Below the pieces are notes generated by a model. The model saw nothing but the letters and a program-made list of their open reading frames with translations. It did no database searches and was not told the origin of the DNA. A DNA stretch of 24,000 nt, taken from assembly GCA_035627275.1 (NCBI GenBank), contig DASPMC010000057.1, forward strand, positions 128,472 through 152,471, written 5' to 3'. Below, one piece after another: positions 17,441 through 23,628 of this stretch. Source of the stretch: Noviherbaspirillum sp. GTDB taxonomy: Bacteria > Pseudomonadota > Gammaproteobacteria > Burkholderiales > Burkholderiaceae_D. A program made the position numbers and the translations under genes. Within the stretch, counting starts at the first letter, position 1, and each line of letters starts with the position of its first letter.

Positions 17441-18268
17441 ATGAACGTTCTTTCTCATACCCCACGATTAGCCCTGCCGCCGGGCGACTCCGATTCCGTG
17501 GTAAGCATTACAGCGGTTCCTCCGCGCCCAGGACAAGGTACGGCATCCACTTCCACTCCCGCATCATCGGGACATGGCGGAGGACGCATTGGTGCGTCGG
17601 GAGATGCCCGGACGCGCGCGCGGCTGCAGGGAACGATGCGACGTCCTGCAGCGGCAGGATCGACCGGCCCGGACGCCGGAAACGTAAGGAATCTTGACGA
17701 GGGCGTTGCCCACGCCGCGAATGCCGCCCGCAAGGAAGGCTTGCTGGACGAGGAAGACGAGCGGCAAATGGCCTCACAGACGCCCTCGGAGCAGTTGCAT
17801 ACCCTCGTGGAGGCGCTCCGGCGGGCGATCAAACATCTGGCCGACGATCTGAAGGAGCAGCCTGAGGCATCGAGGGACTCGGCGGACGAAGCGCGCTTGT
17901 ATACACAGCAGGAAACGCTTGAAGCACTGTTGAAAGTCATGCAAGGGCTTGAAAGCGGGACAGCGGCATCGCCGAGGCCGGCCACCGGCAGCGGCGGCAC
18001 TGGCGATCCCGGCGGCCCTGGGGGCACCGGTGGGCCAGCAGGCGCTGCGGACGCCGAGGGCGACCACAAGGCGCACGCATCGAAGGAAGAAAAGCCACGT
18101 GCAGAGCGTGATCCCGGCAATCTTCAGGACATGATGTCGGAGTTCATGAAGATGCAGGAAATGCTCAGTACCGTCCAGGGAATGATCATCGACACCTTCC
18201 TTTCCCAGCTCAAGATGCTGACGGAAATGATCAAGAAAATCAATGAGATAGCTACCAGCGCGATCTGA
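17441..18268 (+). CDS. Novel 275-aa cysteine-free, Gly/Pro/Ser-rich acidic protein; harpin-like / T3SS-substrate candidate
   Basis: It starts 15 nt after the sctL stop. The N-terminal part (about 100 aa) is Pro/Gly/Ser/Thr/Arg-rich. A helical acidic core (LHTLVEALRRAIKHLADDLKE) follows, then the Gly-X-Y-like run GGTGDPGGPGGTGGP, then a Met-rich amphipathic C-terminus DMMSEFMKMQEMLSTVQGMIIDTFLSQLKMLTEMIKKINEIATSAI. It contains no Cys. The opposite-strand ORFs (17455..18120, 17774..18421) have R/C/H-rich shadow composition. Confidence 0.6.
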   Translation: MNVLSHTPRLALPPGDSDSVVSITAVPPRPGQGTASTSTPASSGHGGGRIGASGDARTRARLQGTMRRPAAAGSTGPDAGNVRNLDEGVAHAANAARKEGLLDEEDERQMASQTPSEQLHTLVEALRRAIKHLADDLKEQPEASRDSADEARLYTQQETLEALLKVMQGLESGTAASPRPATGSGGTGDPGGPGGTGGPAGAADAEGDHKAHASKEEKPRAERDPGNLQDMMSEFMKMQEMLSTVQGMIIDTFLSQLKMLTEMIKKINEIATSAI

Positions 18269-18293
18269 GCGATTCACAGCCGGGGACGGGAAT

Positions 18294-18323
18294 GCATGCA
18301 TGGGGCATATGCCCCATGCATGC
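18294..18323. repeat. Perfect 30-bp palindrome GCATGCATGGGGCAT|ATGCCCCATGCATGC
   Basis: Read directly: 15+15 nt with no mismatch. It lies 26 nt after the stop at 18268 and 42 nt upstream of the -35 element of the hrp box at 18365. No U-tract follows. Confidence 0.9.
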
Positions 18324-18364
18324 CGTGCTGTACGCACCCGGTAATGAAACTTGAGTAATTCAAG

Positions 18365-18392
18365 CGAACCGTCCACCCACTCCTGCCACTTA
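18365..18392 (+). promoter_or_regulatory. hrp box (HrpL-type promoter) for the sctF-like/chaperone/sctC operon
   Basis: CGAACC-GTCCACCCACTCCTG-CCACTTA (N15, 10 of 11 specified positions). It shares the -10 context TGCCACTTAT with the box at 14505. It lies 50 nt upstream of the ATG at 18443. Confidence 0.5.
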
Positions 18393-18442
18393 TACTGGGA
18401 TGCCGACACTTTCGACATCACCTCAACAGGGAAGGAGCCATC

Positions 18443-18682
18443 ATGTCAAACAGTCTCAGCACGGCCCACACCATGTCCGCTTTGCGTCGTCTGACTAACA
18501 GGTTCGATGCCGCCGGCGATCAGATCAATGACTTCGCCCACCGCCAAGCGCAAGGGGAAAACCCCGATCCCGCCGAATTCATGAAATTGCTTGAACAGCG
18601 TTCAGTAACCGGGCAGGCCATGCAAGCCCAGTTCAAGCTTCGCGAAAAACCACTGAAGACCGTCCTCAACGAAACGCGATAA
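18443..18682 (+). CDS. sctF: T3SS needle-filament-type protein (SctF/PrgI/MxiH/YscF-like), in the hrpF position
   Basis: 79 aa, no Cys, SD AAGGAG 5 nt before the ATG. By eye, RFDAAGDQI matches PrgI KFDTGVDNL. The central loop NPDPAEF matches the needle P-(S/D)-(D/N)-P turn (PrgI KPSDPALL). The C-terminus ..VLNETR compares with PrgI ..IIQNFR. Confidence 0.65.
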   Translation: MSNSLSTAHTMSALRRLTNRFDAAGDQINDFAHRQAQGENPDPAEFMKLLEQRSVTGQAMQAQFKLREKPLKTVLNETR

Positions 18683-18687
18683 GCAGC

Positions 18688-19104
18688 ATGGATGTTTACG
18701 GCGATCTGGAACGGTGGCTCGACAGCCTGCCGCTGGACGAGGCCGTGGAGATTGACGGCGAAACAGTCTTCCTGAAGATCCATGCAGCCGGCGCGGAACT
18801 CGGTGTTTGCCTGCTCCGCACCTGCACACAGACCCAGATTCAGGATGCCTTGCGAATGGGCTTTGCAAGTGCCATCACCCATGACGCCGGGTTGGGGTTG
18901 TCTGCCGACGGCAAGGACCTGCTGCTTACCCAGTGGTTGCCACAGGCAAAACGATGGACACAGGCGGCGAAGGCACTGGAAAACCTGTTGAACCAGACCG
19001 CCACCTGGCGCGCTGCGCTCGCGCCACGGGCCGCCGAATCTGTGGGCGTCGCCGACCGACACGAGCGGCGTCTGCGCACATTGCTGGCAGGGGGGAAACG
19101 ATGA
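18688..19104 (+). CDS. Putative T3SS chaperone-like protein (hrpG position)
   Basis: 138 aa and acidic, MDVYGDLERWLDSLPLDEAVEIDGETVFLKIH... has the size and N-terminal pattern of CesT/SycE-type class I chaperones. It lies between the needle-like gene and sctC, and its stop overlaps the sctC start (ATGA at 19101-19104). The call is mostly positional. Confidence 0.45.
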   Translation: MDVYGDLERWLDSLPLDEAVEIDGETVFLKIHAAGAELGVCLLRTCTQTQIQDALRMGFASAITHDAGLGLSADGKDLLLTQWLPQAKRWTQAAKALENLLNQTATWRAALAPRAAESVGVADRHERRLRTLLAGGKR

Positions 19105-20915
19105 AATTCTTGAACATCAAGCGTTGTCTGGCCGTGATGATGATTGGCGCAGGCCTGCTCTGGTCGTCGTCCGCGCAAGCCGCCACGCCGGACAGCTGGA
19201 AGGACAGCGGGTTTTCCATCAATGCCTCGGGCATGCCTTTGCGCGATGTCATGCAAGAGTTCGGTAATGCCTTCGGCGTGCGCGTGTCCTACAGCCTTAA
19301 AGAGAGCCACGTGCTGAAAAGCCGACTGAAAGCCGATAGCGGCATCGAGTTCCTGGACAGGCTGACGCATTCGTACAAGTTCCGCTGGTTCGTTTACAAC
19401 GGCACTTTGTATATCGTACCCAGCAACGACAATGTCTCGGTGCGTCTTGAAGTCGGCGAGGATGCGGTACAGGACGCCAAGTCCGCTCTCGTTGGCCTGG
19501 GCCTGTTCGACAACCGCTTTGGCTGGGGCGAGCTGCCCGACGAAGGTGTGGTGATGGTCAGCGGCCCGCGTGAATACATCAACCTTGCGCGCGAAATCCT
19601 GCTTCCCGAAAACCGGGCGTCCGCACCCAAGGGCAAGCAACTCATGGTCTTCCGGCTCAAGTACGCCAGCGCGACCGACCGTGTGATAAACACGCGTGGC
19701 CAGAAGGAAACCATCCCCGGCATCAAGACCATCCTTGCAGGCCTGCTCAACCCTGACCGGCCTGCCGCCGGGCATGGCGGGCGCGACGATGTCGATGTAT
19801 CGAGCAGTAAGCGTTCGCTCAAGGGAAAGTACGGACGAGGAGACGCCTCAGAATCGGGCGCGCGCACGGCTGGCGGGCGGTTGCAGCAAGAGATCGAGGA
19901 CGAGGACGATCAGGACGCGAGGCGGTCGCGCCGGGCGAAGGAAACGCAGCGCTCCACGGGACCGCGGATCGACGCGGACGCCTCGCTGAACGCCATCATC
20001 ATCTACGACCATGCCAGCAAGCGCCAGATGTACCAGTCGCTGATTGCCGAGCTGGATGTCGAGCCGCAGCAGATCGAGATCGAGGCGCTCATCGTCGATA
20101 TCGATCGCAGCAGGCTGGCAGAATTGGGCGTTGAATGGGGCGCGCGTAACGGCAATACCAACCTGCGCGTCAATGCCACCTCCCGGGATTCGCAAGGCGA
20201 CGACCTGCCGATTCCAGGTGCGACGCTCCTGATCAGCAATGCGGCCCGCTTCTACGCGCGGCTCAAGGCGCTCGAAGGAACGGGCGAGGCCAATGTGCTG
20301 GCCAAGCCGACGGTCCTGACACTGGACAACGTCGCTGCCGTGCTCGACCTGAGCCAGACGTCCTACCTGCCGCTCGTCGGCGAGCGTGTTGCCGATCTTG
20401 CCAATGTCACCGCCGGTACCATGTTGCGGGTCGTGCCGCGCATCGTGAAAGAGAATACCGGCACCCGGGTACGGCTTGAAGTCGACATCGAAGACGGTTC
20501 CCTGGGCGATCCCAACCAGAAGAACACGGTAGCGACGCGTTCGACCATCAGCACCCAGGCAATCGTCGACTTGCAGCAAACCCTGATGATCGGCGGCTAC
20601 CACGCGGAGTCGAGGACGATCAACAAGCAGAAAGTGCCGGTGCTGGGCGATATGCCGCTGTTAGGCGGACTGTTCCGCAGCGAAAACGAGCAGCATAACA
20701 ATCGCGAGCGCTTGTTCCTTATCACGCCGCGTGTCCGGACAGCAGCGGGCATGCCCGCACCGGAGCGCTCGAAGCTTGGCGGCATTGCACAGGGGATCGC
20801 GGCGGCGGAGCAGGCCATGGCAGCGGCTGTGGACGGGACAGGTGCAGCACCCGCGCCGAAGCGGAAGCTGAAATGCGCCCGGCCGAAACCGGGGTTTCAG
20901 TCGGCGTTGCAGTAG
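19101..20915 (+). CDS. sctC: T3SS outer-membrane secretin SctC (HrcC/YscC/InvG family)
   Basis: Signal peptide MKFLNIKRCLAVMMIGAGLLWSSSAQA. The N-domain reads GMPLRDVMQEFGNAFGVRVSYS..FRWFVYNGTLYIVP. The secretin core reads NVLAKPTVLTLDNVAAVLDLSQTSYLPL.. and VPVLGDMPLLGGLFRSENEQHNNRERLFLITPRV. The ORF-track start at 18933 is an out-of-context extension that overlaps the upstream gene. Confidence 0.92.
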   Translation: MKFLNIKRCLAVMMIGAGLLWSSSAQAATPDSWKDSGFSINASGMPLRDVMQEFGNAFGVRVSYSLKESHVLKSRLKADSGIEFLDRLTHSYKFRWFVYNGTLYIVPSNDNVSVRLEVGEDAVQDAKSALVGLGLFDNRFGWGELPDEGVVMVSGPREYINLAREILLPENRASAPKGKQLMVFRLKYASATDRVINTRGQKETIPGIKTILAGLLNPDRPAAGHGGRDDVDVSSSKRSLKGKYGRGDASESGARTAGGRLQQEIEDEDDQDARRSRRAKETQRSTGPRIDADASLNAIIIYDHASKRQMYQSLIAELDVEPQQIEIEALIVDIDRSRLAELGVEWGARNGNTNLRVNATSRDSQGDDLPIPGATLLISNAARFYARLKALEGTGEANVLAKPTVLTLDNVAAVLDLSQTSYLPLVGERVADLANVTAGTMLRVVPRIVKENTGTRVRLEVDIEDGSLGDPNQKNTVATRSTISTQAIVDLQQTLMIGGYHAESRTINKQKVPVLGDMPLLGGLFRSENEQHNNRERLFLITPRVRTAAGMPAPERSKLGGIAQGIAAAEQAMAAAVDGTGAAPAPKRKLKCARPKPGFQSALQ

Positions 20916-20927
20916 CACGCGGCGGGT

Positions 20928-21500
20928 CTACTCTCGATCGAATTCCAGATCGCCTGAGGGCGGCGCGATCGAGGCGTGAGATGCCAGCTCCAGCAATTCA
21001 TCGACACTCCAGTGATCGTCGGCATGTCTGCCATAGTGGGCCGCAATGACAGTACCGTCCGGTCCGACAAGTACATCCGCGGGCAGGCCTGTTATGCCAT
21101 TTTCGGCTTTCTTGTAGAACTTCCCGGTGGCCAGGATGCCACGCAGTCCATTCCAGAAGACCGCAGGGTGAAGAATCGACAGCAATGAGGTCTCGACCCC
21201 GAATTGCCTGTAGATCTTCTTGCCGGGATCGGCAACGCAGTCGAAGGGCAGTTGGGCCTGGTACTTGAGCATTTCCTCTCGCGAGGAGTGAAAGAAGACG
21301 ATTTCGCGAATCCCTGCCGCTTCAATTTCCGACTGACGCTTGCGCATTATATGCAGATGAAAATTGCAGACCGGGCAACCGGCAAACCGGCGGAACTGCA
21401 GGTGAATGTAGCGGGCGCCTGGAGCGGGAATGCTGACGGCCTTTCCGTCAATGGTGGTCGTCGAAATTGTTGGAGCAGTCGAACCGGGTACGAGCCTCAT
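20928..21500 (-). CDS. AhpC/TSA (redoxin)-family thiol peroxidase-like protein
   Basis: FRRFAGCPVCNFHLHIMRKRQSEIEAAGIREIVFFHSS is a thioredoxin-fold CxxC (CPVC) redoxin pattern. The ATG at 21500 is preceded by AAGGAG. The longer ORF-track N-terminus (to 21776) would overlap the divergent TetR gene. Confidence 0.75.
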   Translation of the reverse strand: MRLVPGSTAPTISTTTIDGKAVSIPAPGARYIHLQFRRFAGCPVCNFHLHIMRKRQSEIEAAGIREIVFFHSSREEMLKYQAQLPFDCVADPGKKIYRQFGVETSLLSILHPAVFWNGLRGILATGKFYKKAENGITGLPADVLVGPDGTVIAAHYGRHADDHWSVDELLELASHASIAPPSGDLEFDRE

Positions 21501-21594
21501 CTGTTTCTTCTCCTTGCCTTCCTTGAATTGCGCGTTATCGCGACAGTCCGCATCGCATCCGATGAACCAGGCATCCGACATCGCTGATTGAAAT

Positions 21595-21609
21595 ACGTAC
21601 GATGTACGT
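21595..21609. promoter_or_regulatory. Inverted repeat ACGTAC-gat-GTACGT in the redoxin/TetR divergent intergenic region; candidate TetR operator
   Basis: Perfect 6-3-6 dyad read directly, 43 nt upstream of the TetR ATG at 21652. Confidence 0.35.
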
Positions 21610-21651
21610 TTACAATAAGCGTTCAGGCAAACATCGTCAAGGACATCATCA

Positions 21652-22293
21652 ATGGGACGCCCCGCAAAGTTTTCACGGGAGCAGCTGCAGGCTGCGGCCC
21701 TTGCCCTGGTGGATGAACACGGCCTCGCGGGTCTGTCGATGCGTGCACTCGCCAATGCGCTCGGCACGGGGGCCATGACGCTCTACAACTATGTTACGGA
21801 ACGCGAGGATCTCGACATCCTGGTTGTTGAAGCGGTGATCGCCGAGGCACGATGGTCGCCTGGCAGGAATAGAGATTGGCGCGAAGACGTGCGGCTCATT
21901 TCGACCGCGCTGTGGAAAGCAGTGCGTGCGCATCCCCACGCCATCCCCCTGATCCTCACTCGCCGCAGCCGGTCGCCGGCGGTGTTCGGCGTGTCCGAAG
22001 CCTTGCTCGATGCGCTGTCGCGCGGTGGAAAATCGGGACAGGAATTGCTGGTCGCTTTTCGTTCCGTATCGGCACTGGTGATGGGCTTTGCGCAAGCCGA
22101 GCTGGCCGGACCGCTGGCGGTGAAGGCAGGGGAGACGGCGAATGCCACGATTGCGCGCTTTCGCGCGCTTCCCGCCGAGCGCTATCGATGCCTGATCGAG
22201 ATCGCCACTGCTGCGGAATCCAGCGCGCCCGAGGCCGAGTTCCGGGCAGCGCTCGACTTGCTGCTGAAGGGGATGTCAGCGGGCGGGGATTGA
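21652..22293 (+). CDS. TetR-family transcriptional regulator
   Basis: The N-terminal HTH is REQLQAAALALVDEHGLAGLSMRALANALGTGAMTLYNYV. A helical ligand-binding domain follows. It is divergent from the redoxin gene. Confidence 0.9.
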   Translation: MGRPAKFSREQLQAAALALVDEHGLAGLSMRALANALGTGAMTLYNYVTEREDLDILVVEAVIAEARWSPGRNRDWREDVRLISTALWKAVRAHPHAIPLILTRRSRSPAVFGVSEALLDALSRGGKSGQELLVAFRSVSALVMGFAQAELAGPLAVKAGETANATIARFRALPAERYRCLIEIATAAESSAPEAEFRAALDLLLKGMSAGGD

Positions 22294-22743
22294 CGCGGCC
22301 GTGTCACTGCCTGCGTTCAATGGAACCGGTTTTGCTGCTTGCGTGACTCATTGGCATTCATTCTGTCTCGGTCACTATTCGAGACCGGCGCGTCGCGGAC
22401 CTGACAGGTTGCGCGTCATCATTCGGGCGAGATGAGCCGGCCGGCAATGCCGGAACGCCCGCCTGGCTCGATGACATGTGCGATCCGATGCGCGCTCACA
22501 ACAAGACGCTCCACAAGCCGGATGAGCCGCAGTCATTCGGGAGTGCGGATGTCCGAACTCATCGATGTCTATCGCGGCCGCAGGCCGAACTCCTTCCAGT
22601 CGATCGGAGTTTGTGGAGTACCGGCGCTGGTCTATCGATAAGGACAAGCGCTTTCGATGGTTGATTTGCCGTCAGGGGGCTAGAAGGGGGACGCGAATCG
22701 GCGCCCGTCCAGGCGCGGAGGAAGGCGAGGGGAGCGGCGGTAT

Positions 22744-22777
22744 CCGGGAAGGAGGAATTCCTCCTGTCATTTCCCGG
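22744..22777 (-). terminator. Nested hairpin CCGGGAA-GGAGGAATTCCTCC-tgtca-TTCCCGG just after the 67-aa ORF stop
   Basis: A perfect 14-bp palindrome GGAGGAATTCCTCC is flanked by the 7-bp inverted repeat CCGGGAA/TTCCCGG. It lies 8 nt downstream (minus strand) of the stop at 22785-22787. There is no clear U-tract. Confidence 0.35.
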
Positions 22778-22784
22778 ATTGCAC

Positions 22785-22988
22785 TTACTGTTGATCGTTG
22801 ACCTGCTTCGCCATCGCGTGAAAGATCTTCAGTTTCGACAGGGCGAGGGCTTGTGCGTTAGCCCACTGCGTGAGTTCGATCGTTTCCTGGCTCACTTGGC
22901 CGGAGTGTGCTTGACGTTTGTTGCCAGCGGCGGTGCGCGACGGGGTGGAATGCCAAAGTCCGTTGGACCAGTCGGATTGCGTATTCAT
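22785..22988 (-). CDS. Hypothetical 67-aa cysteine-free protein
   Basis: MNTQSDWSNGLWHSTPSRTAAGNKRQAHSGQVSQETIELTQWANAQALALSKLKIFHAMAKQVNDQQ. The ATG at 22988 has GAGAGG upstream. The N-terminal half is Ser/Thr/Gln-rich and the C-terminal part looks helical. The longer GTG start at 23063 would lie inside a hairpin. Confidence 0.45.
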   Translation of the reverse strand: MNTQSDWSNGLWHSTPSRTAAGNKRQAHSGQVSQETIELTQWANAQALALSKLKIFHAMAKQVNDQQ

Positions 22989-23044
22989 ACCATGCCTCTC
23001 GTGGTGATCGTGTCGATGGAAAGACGTGTGTACTTCTGAATAGT

Positions 23045-23075
23045 GCGCAGGGCCCTGATCCACCAGGCCCTGCGC
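23045..23075 (-). terminator. 10-bp perfect-stem hairpin GCGCAGGGCC-N11-GGCCCTGCGC between the 50-aa and 67-aa ORFs
   Basis: Read directly. It lies 40 nt downstream of the 50-aa ORF stop and upstream of the 67-aa ORF SD. The trailing sequence on the minus strand is ACTATTCAGAAG, a weak U-tract. It may be an attenuator or partial terminator. Confidence 0.4.
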
Positions 23076-23114
23076 GTACCGGAACGGGGGATGCTCCGGT
23101 CGAGCTGTGACGAC

Positions 23115-23267
23115 TTAGATCGCCGCTTCAGCGATCTGACGGCCTTTCTGTGCGGCTTGAGTTTTCAGCTTCAGCGCCGTGAGGCCTTCAGCGAGTGCGT
23201 TTCCGATTGCTGCATTACCAAGTGCGCTTGAAAAACCAGCGGCAGCACCAGCGGCAGGAATAAGCAT
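23115..23267 (-). CDS. Hypothetical 50-aa Ala/Gly-rich cysteine-free peptide
   Basis: MLIPAAGAAAGFSSALGNAAIGNALAEGLTALKLKTQAAQKGRQIAEAAI. A near-consensus SD AAGGAGG sits 5 nt before the ATG at 23267 (minus strand reads caAGGAGGttattATG). The ORF-track 123-aa version extends upstream without support. Confidence 0.55.
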   Translation of the reverse strand: MLIPAAGAAAGFSSALGNAAIGNALAEGLTALKLKTQAAQKGRQIAEAAI

Positions 23268-23329
23268 AATAACCTCCTTGAATGTGAGTGAATTTCGATT
23301 CAACCGGTGTTGCATCGTCCGGTCATATA

Positions 23330-23358
23330 TGAGTTGCATGGCGGGGAGGGGGAGTTCC
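23330..23358 (-). promoter_or_regulatory. Degenerate hrp-box-like motif upstream of the 50-aa ORF
   Basis: The minus strand reads GGAACT-N16-CAACTCA (9 of 11 specified positions, with the -10 reading CAAC instead of CCAC). On the plus strand its -10 region TGAGTTGCATG differs at one base from TGAGTGGCATG in the perfect box at 14441. It ends about 60 nt upstream of the ATG at 23267. Confidence 0.3.
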
Positions 23359-23628
23359 ATGCGTAAGTGCAAATTCATTGTTTGATTTTCCACGGCGCGG
23401 GCGGTGTTCTTCTTATCGTGCTGCCGCAAGGCGTCAAAGTTGATGCGACTTTTCTCCGCGGGTAAGTGAAATCGGCGTCGAAGCAAAAGCCAAGGATCGG
23501 CTCAATGATTGACTCTCGTTTCTCATCCTGGAAACAGAAGTTTGGATTGAACTGCAACTATTCGAACATCGCCAACACTCATGAATGCAGTTCCCCTTTA
23601 AACACTTTTTCCGAAAAGGAGTACAAAC

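Noticed and set aside
18933-19100. N-terminal extension of the secretin ORF (660-aa version in the ORF track).
   Set aside because: The extension overlaps the whole 3' end of the upstream gene in another frame. The ATG at 19101 gives a canonical signal peptide and an ATGA coupling overlap.
19750-19960. Highly charged low-complexity insertion in the secretin (GRDDVDVSSSKRSLKGKYGRGD...EIEDEDDQDARRSRRAKE).
   Set aside because: Secretin N-domains commonly carry variable charged linkers before the conserved secretin core. It is in frame and there is no evidence of a separate element.
23521-23628. Possible hrp box upstream of the 123-aa ORF (TGAACT ... CCAACACTCA).
   Set aside because: The spacing between the -35-like and -10-like elements is 18-21 nt and both halves carry mismatches. 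It does not meet the GGAACC-N15/16-CCACNNA pattern.
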